The position numbers and the translations under genes were made by a program. Under the pieces are notes generated by a model, which saw only the letters and a list, made by a program, of their open reading frames with translations, did no database searches and was not told where the DNA came from. From Candidatus Bilamarchaeaceae archaeon (GTDB lineage: Archaea; Micrarchaeota; Micrarchaeia; Anstonellales; Bilamarchaeaceae), in contig JAVZJR010000001.1 in the NCBI GenBank assembly GCA_038870635.1, forward strand, positions 227,601 to 291,600: a stretch of 64,000 nt of DNA, given 5' to 3'. Shown here piece after piece: positions 18,947 to 27,424 of this stretch (positions within the stretch are counted from its first letter, which is position 1; each line of letters starts with the position of its first letter).

Positions 18947-20349
18947 GCGTACATCTCCATTAATTTAGCATACTTCAGCATTCTCTCTTTTATATCTTCT
19001 CTTTTGTTTTGTGCGTATTCTATGGCAGCCACTTTAAGACGAACATTTGCGCGATAGCATTTGTAGTAGTTTAGAAGTTTATAAAGATCGTGATCTTTTG
19101 TGATATTGACATAGGTATCAACAAAAATTTTTGAAAGATCTTCTCTACCAAAAGAATCTAAATCCATAGCCATAAACGCAATCTCACTTGCAACATCAAC
19201 AAACCGAAAATCTTTGTTAAACTCTATACAATCAAATATGTATATCTTATTCGCTAGGATAATATTTGCAGAATGAAGATCACCATGACAATCGCGTATA
19301 AAGCCTTCTCTTTGTCTTTTTCTAAACAGCTCTTTGTTCTTTTCGTTAAATAAAGCGCATTTCTTAAGAGAAAAATCAACTATCCGACCCTTACCAATCG
19401 CTGATTCTATCACTTCACGATGATTTGAAAGGTCATTGATCTGCTGTTGAATAAGTTCAGGATTACCGTAATGCTTATCCTTTATTACCTTAATCCGTTT
19501 ATGAAAATCGGCTACGATTGAGGAAATTTCTTTTATAATTTTTTTGCTTACTTTCCTCTTCTCTAGTAGCTTATCCATTTGCCTTTCCATTGGAAGTTTT
19601 CGCATCTTTACTGCATACTCATCAGCGTCACTTGTTCCAAAAAGATAGCCGCCAAAATGCTTTTCTGCCTTAACAACTTTTAGATAGACATCTGGACAAA
19701 GACGTTTGTTAAGGCGCACCTCTTCCTTGCAAAAAAACTTTCGCTTTTTTAAAGTTGAAAAGTCAAGAAAACTAAATTTAACTGGTTTTTTTATTTTATA
19801 GACAAAATCACCACAAAAATAAACCCTAGATATATGTGTATCTAAATAAAATTGACTAAATTTTCTTGAATAATGAAGAACATCGTTAATTTGTTTTTTA
19901 ATAGGTTTAGAACAATCAACAATGAGATGTCTTTCTTTTATTGGTTCAAATTCACGTTTCACTTTTTTATATATTTCAAAATCAGCCTCGCTTTCATCAG
20001 CCTTACGGTTGAATAATCTCTTTCTTACTTCTTTTTCAGAGAGAGTACACTCAATCAAAATAACAGAAGTTCTATTTTTTTCTCCAAGTGTTTTTACCTT
20101 TTCACGCAAAGATTTAAGATAAAATGTCCCATCTAAGATTACGTTCTTTTCTTTTTTTAGTTGATTTTCTGCTTTCTCTAACATCTTGTCGTATACAAAG
20201 AATTTTTCCTTTTGAGAATATGTTCTTCTTTTAAGGAATTCCAGCCGTACACTATCAGTGCTTATATGAACGCATTTAAGCTTTGTTGCAAGCGCTCGTG
20301 CAAGAGTACTTTTACCAGTCCCTGGTAGCCCGCATAAAACAAAAATCAT
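18934..20349 (-). CDS. fusion of AAA_33-type P-loop kinase (N-terminal) and aminoglycoside-phosphotransferase-like domain (C-terminal)
   Basis: GLPGTGKST, ILDGTF, SEAD; then THIS..VYKIKKPVKFSFLDFST, CHGDLHSANI, FDCIEFN. Confidence 0.9.
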   Translation of the reverse strand: MIFVLCGLPGTGKSTLARALATKLKCVHISTDSVRLEFLKRRTYSQKEKFFVYDKMLEKAENQLKKEKNVILDGTFYLKSLREKVKTLGEKNRTSVILIECTLSEKEVRKRLFNRKADESEADFEIYKKVKREFEPIKERHLIVDCSKPIKKQINDVLHYSRKFSQFYLDTHISRVYFCGDFVYKIKKPVKFSFLDFSTLKKRKFFCKEEVRLNKRLCPDVYLKVVKAEKHFGGYLFGTSDADEYAVKMRKLPMERQMDKLLEKRKVSKKIIKEISSIVADFHKRIKVIKDKHYGNPELIQQQINDLSNHREVIESAIGKGRIVDFSLKKCALFNEKNKELFRKRQREGFIRDCHGDLHSANIILANKIYIFDCIEFNKDFRFVDVASEIAFMAMDLDSFGREDLSKIFVDTYVNITKDHDLYKLLNYYKCYRANVRLKVAAIEYAQNKREDIKERMLKYAKLMEMYAYSL

Positions 20350-20459
20350 AAGAAAAAAAGCACAAATATAAATTTAATACTTATGAGTAGTGCAGTGATT
20401 AAAAGGAATGAAATGGGATGAGCGTACAGGAGATATAGATATGCTTAGAAAACATAAGA

Positions 20460-20583
20460 TGGGCCCGCCCGGAATCGAACCGGGAATCTCTACTGCTCTC
20501 AACCTATTCGCAGCTTTGCGCTGCTAAATGTGTGAGAGTAGCGTCTTAGCCATTATCGAGTAAAACTTTTCGACTACGGGCCC
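20460..20583 (-). tRNA. tRNA-Val(CAC) with a canonical 37/38 intron (20496-20530) and a second insertion in the D-arm (about 20556-20571)
   Basis: Acceptor GGGCCCG/CGGGCCC plus A. Anticodon stem CTACT/AGTAG with loop CTCACAC. T arm CCCGG-TTCGATT-CCGGG. Removing the 35-nt and 16-nt inserts gives a 73-nt cloverleaf. Confidence 0.92.
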
Positions 20584-20584
20584 A

Positions 20585-21148
20585 TCAACTTCTTTTAGAT
20601 ATAAATGGTGGTTTAACAAATAAATACTGTTTCTCTTTTCCCTCAAGTTCGCTGATTATTCGATTAACAAAAATTAAAACAGGATCAGAAAGAGTTGGAA
20701 CTCTTGATTTTATATCAGCGAAACTTTCAAATGGCTTTTCTTCTCGTTGCCTGAGAAGAGCTTCCATATTTTTCTTACCTATACCAGGTAAAAAATCAAG
20801 TGTATGGACTCTAATCGAAATCGGCTTTGCATTATTTATAAAATTAACAAAGAACTTTTCTCTACTCTCGACAATTTTCTTTAGAGTAGCAGGCAAAAAC
20901 TCCTTTGCGCTATTAGTAAGCTGGTCATAGCTAATCCTTCCTTTTATATGATCTATCTCTTTTCTATTTTCTTTACCAACATAAACTCTTTGGCCAAGAA
21001 CAATTGATGCATCTGGCTTTACTGTTGCCTCGAGTAATGTAAAATAATTCTCACCTACAAGTTGAACAATGGGCTCTTTTTTTATTTGTGTGGCATGGCC
21101 CATCGGGAGGTACTCAATAACCCAGGCATAATCCTCCACATCATTCAC
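20585..21148 (-). CDS. DUF655 family putative RNA-binding protein
   Basis: EDYAWVIEYLPMG, VGENYFTLLE, HTLDFLPGIGKK. Conserved archaeal position after rpl21e-rpo4. Confidence 0.92.
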   Translation of the reverse strand: MNDVEDYAWVIEYLPMGHATQIKKEPIVQLVGENYFTLLEATVKPDASIVLGQRVYVGKENRKEIDHIKGRISYDQLTNSAKEFLPATLKKIVESREKFFVNFINNAKPISIRVHTLDFLPGIGKKNMEALLRQREEKPFESFADIKSRVPTLSDPVLIFVNRIISELEGKEKQYLFVKPPFISKRS

Positions 21149-21465
21149 CCCAATAATTTTAGAATTTCATTTATTTCATCATCGTTAAGCTCGATTTTAT
21201 CCTTCAAAAGTATTGCTTTTAAAGTAGATGCTTTTTTTGGTTGGACATCTATTATTTTTATTGCAGTTTCACGCAACAGCTTCTTGTTTTTTTCAAGTAG
21301 TGTGTCTACTAATTCTTGTGCTTTTTTGGGTGTAAGTTTTGATATTTTATCAGCATGCTCCAACGCCATGGCTTGCTCGTAATTCAATTCGCCTTCTTTT
21401 TTACGTTCTTCCAATATTTTTTTTACCTCTGCTACAGATATTGGTTGAGACTCTAAAATATCCAA
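21145..21465 (-). CDS. rpo4: RNA polymerase subunit Rpo4 (F)
   Basis: ISVAEVKKIL, ELNYEQAMALEH, AIKIIDVQP; synteny. Confidence 0.92.
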   Translation of the reverse strand: MDILESQPISVAEVKKILEERKKEGELNYEQAMALEHADKISKLTPKKAQELVDTLLEKNKKLLRETAIKIIDVQPKKASTLKAILLKDKIELNDDEINEILKLLG

Positions 21466-21469
21466 AAAA

Positions 21470-21748
21470 TCACCCTGCTTTCTTTAAATGTAGTGAATTA
21501 GTAATAATCTTTTTCTCTTTACTTCCATCCATTATAGCCACTACATAAGAACGGCCTCTTTTTTCAATAATAGTTCCATGCATGCCGCGGTATCTTCTCG
21601 GAATTCTTCCATCTTGGATATGAGAAGTTTCAAGAATTACTTTATCACCAACATTAAATGTTTTCAATGCAGCAGAAACAGTAACTTTCTGCTTCTTCTT
21701 CATTTGTTTTGTAGACTTGCTGAGACTGCCTCTTGAGCGTTTTACCAT
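21470..21748 (-). CDS. rpl21e: 50S ribosomal protein L21e
   Basis: MVKRSRG, FNVGDKV, GRIPRRYRGMHG, HLK. Confidence 0.95.
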   Translation of the reverse strand: MVKRSRGSLSKSTKQMKKKQKVTVSAALKTFNVGDKVILETSHIQDGRIPRRYRGMHGTIIEKRGRSYVVAIMDGSKEKKIITNSLHLKKAG

Positions 21749-21849
21749 TATAATCACTCTCCCTATACAGGGTAAAATACAATAGAAAGCCTTTAAAAAG
21801 AGTTTACATAAAACTTACTTTATTTATAAACTTTTCTATAGGTGATAAA

Positions 21850-22407
21850 ATGTCTAAAGAAAAAAAACCAGAATTTATAATAACCAACATGGTCGCATCT
21901 GCTTCATTAGGACTTGAATTAGACTTATTCCAACTAGCAGTTAAGATAAAAGGTATAGAGTATGAACCAGAACAATTCCCTGGTGCAATACTAAAGTTTG
22001 AAGACCCAAAAGCTTCACTTCTGCTTTTCAAAAACGGAAAAATAGTTTGCGTTGGATGTAAAAGAAGAGATATGATAGAAAAAACTGTTGAGAAGGTTAG
22101 AAAACTTCTTTTACCGCATGCCCAAAAAATAATATCAAACAAAAAACCACAAATAGAAATAACAAACATAGTGGCGGCAGCAGAGTTGGGCTTAAATCTT
22201 GACCTTTATAAAATAGCTTATAAATTAGATAACATTGAATACGAACCAGAACAATTCCCTGGTGCAATACTAAAATTCAAAAATCCTAAAGTTTCTCTTC
22301 TGCTTTTCAAAAACGGAAAAGTAATATGTGCTGGCGCTAAAAACGAGGATGAAATAAGAAAAGTACTTAAAATGGCAAAATCAATGTTAGTAAAATATGC
22401 AGAGTGA
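21850..22407 (+). CDS. tbp: TATA-box binding protein
   Basis: Two repeats of ITN(M/I)VA...YEPEQFPGAILKF..PK.SLLLFKNGK..C.G. Confidence 0.97.
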   Translation: MSKEKKPEFIITNMVASASLGLELDLFQLAVKIKGIEYEPEQFPGAILKFEDPKASLLLFKNGKIVCVGCKRRDMIEKTVEKVRKLLLPHAQKIISNKKPQIEITNIVAAAELGLNLDLYKIAYKLDNIEYEPEQFPGAILKFKNPKVSLLLFKNGKVICAGAKNEDEIRKVLKMAKSMLVKYAE

Positions 22408-22413
22408 ATTTAG

Positions 22414-22944
22414 ATGAATAAACTGATTATATTTTTATCTCTATTTTCTTTATTTCTTATTTTTGGTTGTTATGGTCTTCAAAAACCTTCTGAATGCCAA
22501 GTAATACAACAACCGGCTGAACAGATGGCATGTTACAAAAGAGCAGCTATTGGATATGCCTATGCAGGTGACGAAGTTGGCGTAAGAGTTATGTGTAATG
22601 AGATATCTAACATAGGCCAAGCTTACGCATATCAAGGATATAACGATGTAGAAAAAACTGCACGCGTCGAAGCAAACCAATGTTATTATGAAAGTGCAAA
22701 AATAATAGCAACAACAGAAGCTAAAGGAAGCGCTATTCAGATGTGCGAAGAGATAACCGAAAGCCAGTCAGCATTTGGTCTTTCATATGCTGGTGCGACT
22801 AAAGAAAAATGTAAAAGAGAAGTAAATAAAATAATCCGATTTGCGCCTGATAAATATTATAGTACACCTGGCAACATTTGTGCTTTAAGTGGATCATTTA
22901 TTGTACTATTAGCGGGAATATTCTTCAGAAACAGCATCCATTAG
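22414..22944 (+). CDS. exported Cys-repeat protein with C-terminal TM helix
   Basis: Signal ending IFGC, repeated CY...A...MC.EI helices, hydrophobic C-terminus. Confidence 0.7.
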   Translation: MNKLIIFLSLFSLFLIFGCYGLQKPSECQVIQQPAEQMACYKRAAIGYAYAGDEVGVRVMCNEISNIGQAYAYQGYNDVEKTARVEANQCYYESAKIIATTEAKGSAIQMCEEITESQSAFGLSYAGATKEKCKREVNKIIRFAPDKYYSTPGNICALSGSFIVLLAGIFFRNSIH

Positions 22945-23238
22945 TTCGAGGGCTTTTTTGACACTCATACCCTCTCTAACTCCTACATTCTCTGCCCAAC
23001 TAGTTACAGCTCGTATCTTTGCTTTTTTTAAATCTTCTATTTTTTTAACACCAGCAACAAAAGCCGCAATATCACCTACACGTTCTGCTGTTTCTTTGTC
23101 TATATAACTACAGGCTATGTAGCCACCTTTAGCCTTAACTACAATAAGTGGCATATTACCTATCTTTTGCTCTATAGCCTCGTAATTCTTCCCATCAAAA
23201 ACAATTTGTTTTTTTATTTCAGAACGAGCCGGCACCAT
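22909..23238 (-). CDS. YunC/DUF1805 family protein
   Basis: LIVVKAKGGYIACSYID, AAFVAGVK, GVREGMS..AL. Confidence 0.88.
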   Translation of the reverse strand: MVPARSEIKKQIVFDGKNYEAIEQKIGNMPLIVVKAKGGYIACSYIDKETAERVGDIAAFVAGVKKIEDLKKAKIRAVTSWAENVGVREGMSVKKALELMDAVSEEYSR

Positions 23239-23476
23239 ATAATCCCCTCTTTCTTTGAGCTTGTTGTTTCTTTTTCTCAAAGATACCGCGGTGTTTTCCA
23301 CAACTAACGCAGTAAGAGACTTCTATGGTGTCCATATAAGTAACATTTTCTTCTCCTTTTAAATCAGTAGAATAAGTTCTTCTTTTGATATCAGTAACTG
23401 CTTTATCACGAGGAATTTGACGGCCACAACCCGCACAACGGACAAGTCTTTCTCTACCCCTTCTCCTCTTTCCCAT
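23219..23476 (-). CDS. rps26e: 30S ribosomal protein S26e
   Basis: GRERLVRCAGCGRQIPRDKAV...YCVSCGKH. Confidence 0.93.
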   Translation of the reverse strand: MGKRRRGRERLVRCAGCGRQIPRDKAVTDIKRRTYSTDLKGEENVTYMDTIEVSYCVSCGKHRGIFEKKKQQAQRKRGLYGAGSF

Positions 23477-23480
23477 AAAA

Positions 23481-24203
23481 TCACTCTACCTCACTTAATT
23501 TTCCGATTAATACGCCGTGCATATTGAATAGTAATGCATCGTTCAGTTTAAATAGATTGTTGTTTAGAATCGGTCCTAAGTGCTCTCCTTTTTTAATTGC
23601 AGAACCCACAAGAGGATTAAAAGCAGGCATTAGTATTAGTTTTGATTTTTTATTGAAATTATTATAATATTTTGAAATCTCAGCTGGATTAGCTATCGCC
23701 ACCACCCAGCAAGGTTCAGAATGTACTTTACCAGATTTATCAGTGAATCTTATCTGTGGGTGCTGATGTGCTGAAACAATCCATTTAGCAGACATAACTT
23801 CCTCGTTTGGCCAAGAGTGACCGTGGATTACGCCAACTTGACCATAAAGAAAACCTGAGGCATCAACCACTATCGCTTTTGTTTTTTCTATTCCGCCGTC
23901 ATGATTTCCTTTAACAATTATAACTTCAACGTTATCACAAAGGCTGTTTATCAGTTTCATTGTAATTTCATCTAGTATAGTTATTTCATCTTTAACGTCA
24001 CCAGCGATTATTAGTTTTTTTGCTTTTGTGTTATAAATAAGATTTTCTATTTTTTGTTTTAGTCGTTCGCTTAAAGTATTTTCATATATCCCTTTCTCCA
24101 TCAGTCTTTTTTCAATACCAAAATGAACATCTCCTATTATCAATGCTTTTTTGTAAAAAATCGCAGGTTCATTGTATAAAAAGCGTAAAACCATAACAAC
24201 CAT
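23481..24203 (-). CDS. calcineurin-like metallophosphoesterase
   Basis: GDVHFG, AGDVK, KGNHD, HGH, AHQHP, MPAFN. Start at 24203 or 24194; the longer ORF-track extension is antisense to the next gene. Confidence 0.92.
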   Translation of the reverse strand: MVVMVLRFLYNEPAIFYKKALIIGDVHFGIEKRLMEKGIYENTLSERLKQKIENLIYNTKAKKLIIAGDVKDEITILDEITMKLINSLCDNVEVIIVKGNHDGGIEKTKAIVVDASGFLYGQVGVIHGHSWPNEEVMSAKWIVSAHQHPQIRFTDKSGKVHSEPCWVVAIANPAEISKYYNNFNKKSKLILMPAFNPLVGSAIKKGEHLGPILNNNLFKLNDALLFNMHGVLIGKLSEVE

Positions 24204-24279
24204 TAAAAGAACGCGATAAGCAATCTTTAAATACCTTACGCAATATTTCTCAAAAACACAACTAAATTTTTGTGAGATT

Positions 24280-24804
24280 ATGGAAAACGCTAACCCAGAA
24301 GAACTAAAAGCAAAGATCGCAGAACTTGAGAAAAAAAAGGAAGGACTAATCGCACAGATAACGAAGATAAATAAAAAGGTTAGATACAAGGAATACGAAA
24401 AGAAAGCGCTTGAACCATTTTTAGAACAAACAAAAAACATAAACACTGAACCAATAAAAAGAAAAAAAAGGATGCTAGAATTTAAAATAGCCACTCAAGC
24501 ATACACCCCAAAAATAGAAAGGGAGCTAATAAAGGAAGTTAAGAAAATAGATAAAGAATTTGAAAAAATAAAAGAAATAGACAGGGCAAGAAGAAAAATC
24601 AAATATATAGAAAAAGACATCGAAGACGCAAAAAAGGAAATAGAAACAATAGAAAAAGATCTCAAAAAAATAAGAGAGGAACTCAAAGGTTTATATGAAA
24701 AAATGAAGGTGTTCAAAGCTGCAGAGAAAAAGAAGGCAGCCGCAGCAGCAAAAAAAGAAGAAGAACTAGTCAGCCTTGGCGATATGGCCCTTTTTGAAGA
24801 GTAA
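24280..24804 (+). CDS. archaeal coiled-coil protein
   Basis: Lys/Glu-rich heptads, LEFKIATQAYTPKIERELI. Confidence 0.8.
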   Translation: MENANPEELKAKIAELEKKKEGLIAQITKINKKVRYKEYEKKALEPFLEQTKNINTEPIKRKKRMLEFKIATQAYTPKIERELIKEVKKIDKEFEKIKEIDRARRKIKYIEKDIEDAKKEIETIEKDLKKIREELKGLYEKMKVFKAAEKKKAAAAAKKEEELVSLGDMALFEE

Positions 24805-25180
24805 AGCGAAAATCAGTTAGAATTTCTTCGTGATCAAAAGCTAAATTCTCAGGTAAAGTTGAAAGATCGAACCATCGCACTTCGTCAGCATCGCTACCTG
24901 CTTTTAACTCCCCACTTATCCTTTGGACTAGGTAAACCAATGAAATTATGCCGCGCGGGTCTCTTTCTGGTTTTGAATAAACACCAAAAAGCCTTATTGG
25001 TGCCACATCTACCCCAATTTCTTCGCGTAACTCTCTTTTTAGGCATTCTTCTACCGTCTCGTTATCCTCTATTCTTCCACCAGGGATGGCCCATTTACCT
25101 TTTTCTGGCATATGGCGACGTCTTACAAGCAAAACTTTACCATTCTCAATTAACAAACCATCGCAGGCAACTGTACGCAT
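24770..25180 (-). CDS. NUDIX hydrolase
   Basis: Nudix box PGGRIEDNETVEECLKRELREEIG, RDPR, AGSDA, LAFDH. Confidence 0.95.
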   Translation of the reverse strand: MRTVACDGLLIENGKVLLVRRRHMPEKGKWAIPGGRIEDNETVEECLKRELREEIGVDVAPIRLFGVYSKPERDPRGIISLVYLVQRISGELKAGSDADEVRWFDLSTLPENLAFDHEEILTDFRFTLQKGPYRQG

Positions 25181-25227
25181 GTTCTGTTATTGAAAATGAA
25201 TTTAAAATACCTTTGCGTAAAAACTGC

Positions 25228-25956
25228 ATGAAGATAAAGATAATCATCAATCCGTTAAAAAGTTGGGCCGCAAAATTAGCAAAAGAAGTGGAAGCACTAC
25301 TAACAAAAAATGGTTATCCCATAGTTAAGAAAAATGCAGATACAACGATATGTATAGGTGGAGATGGAACAATACTTTATGCAAACTACTCTGGAAATCT
25401 TGAAGGAAATATTCTAGGTATAGGAAGCGAACGAAGTTATATATGCCAATTGCATATAAAAAATTGGAAAGACAAACTTCTTAGTATTTTAAAAACCAAA
25501 ACAGACGACATTTTTGTTCTACAATATGAGATTAAAAATGGGATAAAAACAATAAAAAAAGGCACAGCGATAAACGATGCGGTTGTGCATTCCGATAACT
25601 ACAGAGTTATTCAACTTTCAGTTTCTATTAATAATAAAAAAAATGATTTCCGTGCTGATGGAGTAATAGTATCATCTGCTGTTGGAACAACAGGCTATGC
25701 CTATTCCGCAGGAGGAAAAAAACTTTCTCCAACCTCAAAAAAGATGGAAGTTGTTCCAATTGCACCATACCGCAGAATGTTTAAGCCGCAACTAATTGAC
25801 CCCAAAAGTATTGTAAAAATAAGTGCTGAAAGGGACTGCGCTTTTATTGTTGATGGAATCTATGTAAAGAAATTAAAACCTGATGAAGTAGTAATTATAA
25901 AGCAAAATGGAGCGTTAAAATTCTTTAAGGGGGTTGGGTGGTATGAACAAGGATGA
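25228..25956 (+). CDS. nadK: NAD(+) kinase
   Basis: IGGDGT, AIND, ADGVIVSSAVGTTGYAYSAGG, VDG. Confidence 0.92.
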   Translation: MKIKIIINPLKSWAAKLAKEVEALLTKNGYPIVKKNADTTICIGGDGTILYANYSGNLEGNILGIGSERSYICQLHIKNWKDKLLSILKTKTDDIFVLQYEIKNGIKTIKKGTAINDAVVHSDNYRVIQLSVSINNKKNDFRADGVIVSSAVGTTGYAYSAGGKKLSPTSKKMEVVPIAPYRRMFKPQLIDPKSIVKISAERDCAFIVDGIYVKKLKPDEVVIIKQNGALKFFKGVGWYEQG

Positions 25957-26236
25957 GATACTAAAGCAGGGATTTGTTATTGTAAAAGTCACTGTGGCCG
26001 GCATAAGACAAACACACAGATTGGACGTCGTAAAAGAAAAGAGTGGAAATGGATATTTTCATTATTTGAGAGGCAGGCACCCTATTCCTGAAAGCGAAAT
26101 GATAAGACTCGCAGAAAAGTTGCAATTACCCATACGTTCAAAAGACACACTCGTATTTCCAAAAGGAAAGAGTAGACAAGATTTTACAGAGATAAGCATA
26201 ACCCAACCAACAATAGAAGCAGAAATAGAAGATTAG
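25943..26236 (+). CDS. hypothetical protein
   Basis: ~97-aa ORF in an operon between nadK and cutA. Confidence 0.7.
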   Translation: MNKDEILKQGFVIVKVTVAGIRQTHRLDVVKEKSGNGYFHYLRGRHPIPESEMIRLAEKLQLPIRSKDTLVFPKGKSRQDFTEISITQPTIEAEIED

Positions 26237-26237
26237 T

Positions 26238-26549
26238 ATGGAATTAATAGAAGTGAAGACAACTTTAGAGAACAAAAAGGATGCTGAAAGAATAGCAGCT
26301 GAAATAATAAAAAAAGGTCTTGGCGCCTGTGTACAAATAACAAAAATAAAAAGTGTTTACAGATGGGAAGGTAAAATAAACAAAACAGAAGAATGGTTAA
26401 TTTCTATAAAAACCAAAAAATCTCTTTATAAAAAATTAGAAAGATTTATTCTAGAAAACCATCCATACAAAATACCGGAGATAATCGCAATAGAAATAAC
26501 AAAAAAAAGTAAAAATTATGGCGAATGGATTAAAGACAATGTCGTCTAA
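26238..26549 (+). CDS. cutA: divalent-cation tolerance protein CutA
   Basis: LGACVQI, SVYRWEGKI, IKT, HPYKIPEII. Confidence 0.96.
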   Translation: MELIEVKTTLENKKDAERIAAEIIKKGLGACVQITKIKSVYRWEGKINKTEEWLISIKTKKSLYKKLERFILENHPYKIPEIIAIEITKKSKNYGEWIKDNVV

Positions 26550-27424
26550 ACTCTTATGTTCTTTAATATAGAGATTATTTCTACCCCTATTTTCATCTGT
26601 GCTTCTTTTGTGCTAGCGCCTAAATGCGGCGTACAGTAGACATTATCCAATTGAAGAAGTTTTCCGGTGTAAGGTTCTTGAGGAAAAACATCAAGGCAAG
26701 CAGCTGCAACTTTACCATTTTTACACGCATTATAAAGCGCATCTTCGTCAATAACATCACCACGCGCAGTGTTTATGATTACTACACCGTTCTTCATAAT
26801 CTGAATTGTTTTATCATTTATCATTTTTTTTGTTTCTGGCGTAGAAGGCACATGTAAACTTATTACATCTGAGCTCTTGAGTAGTTCTTCAAATGAAACA
26901 AATTCCACATTTTCATCGCTTCTTGGTTCTGGGTTATAAGCTACTACCTTCATGCCCAAAGCTAATGCTTTTTTTGCTACAAGACTACCAATCCTACCAT
27001 AACCTATAATCCCAAGCGTTTTTCCTTGTATTTCACGCCCAACCAGATTTTTTTTATCCCAGATATTGTTTTTCATCTGACAGTGTGCTTTTGCAATAAA
27101 GCGAAATGCTGAGAAGATATGACCTATTACAAGCTCAGCCACTGCATTTGAAGAGGCGCCAGGAGTATTGAAAACTTTGATGCCTTTTTCAGCACACGCA
27201 CTAGCATCTATATTATCTAAACCAACACCAGCACGTATTATTGTTTTCAGCTTATTTGCATTCGAAAGAAAATCACGTGTAACCTTTGTTTTACTTCTAA
27301 CTATAAGGACATCTGCGTCTTTTAGTTCATTATTTATGTCTTTAGGACAATAACAAACCTCACCTATTTTTTTTATCTCTTCTACTACTTCATTCTCCAT
27401 ATCCTCTGCTATCAATATTTTCAT
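26546..27424 (-). CDS. D-2-hydroxyacid dehydrogenase (SerA-like, no ACT domain)
   Basis: RAGVGLDNID, GIIGYGRIG, INTARG, DVFPQEP, TPHLGAST.EAQ. Confidence 0.93.
   Translation of the reverse strand: MKILIAEDMENEVVEEIKKIGEVCYCPKDINNELKDADVLIVRSKTKVTRDFLSNANKLKTIIRAGVGLDNIDASACAEKGIKVFNTPGASSNAVAELVIGHIFSAFRFIAKAHCQMKNNIWDKKNLVGREIQGKTLGIIGYGRIGSLVAKKALALGMKVVAYNPEPRSDENVEFVSFEELLKSSDVISLHVPSTPETKKMINDKTIQIMKNGVVIINTARGDVIDEDALYNACKNGKVAAACLDVFPQEPYTGKLLQLDNVYCTPHLGASTKEAQMKIGVEIISILKNIRV

Noticed and set aside
24204..24494. Hydrophobic N-terminal extension of the metallophosphoesterase ORF
   Set aside because: Antisense to the coiled-coil gene at 24280; the family motifs begin near 24200.
24859..25227. 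N-terminal extension of the NAD kinase ORF
   Set aside because: Overlaps the NUDIX gene on the opposite strand; the plausible start is ATG 25228.
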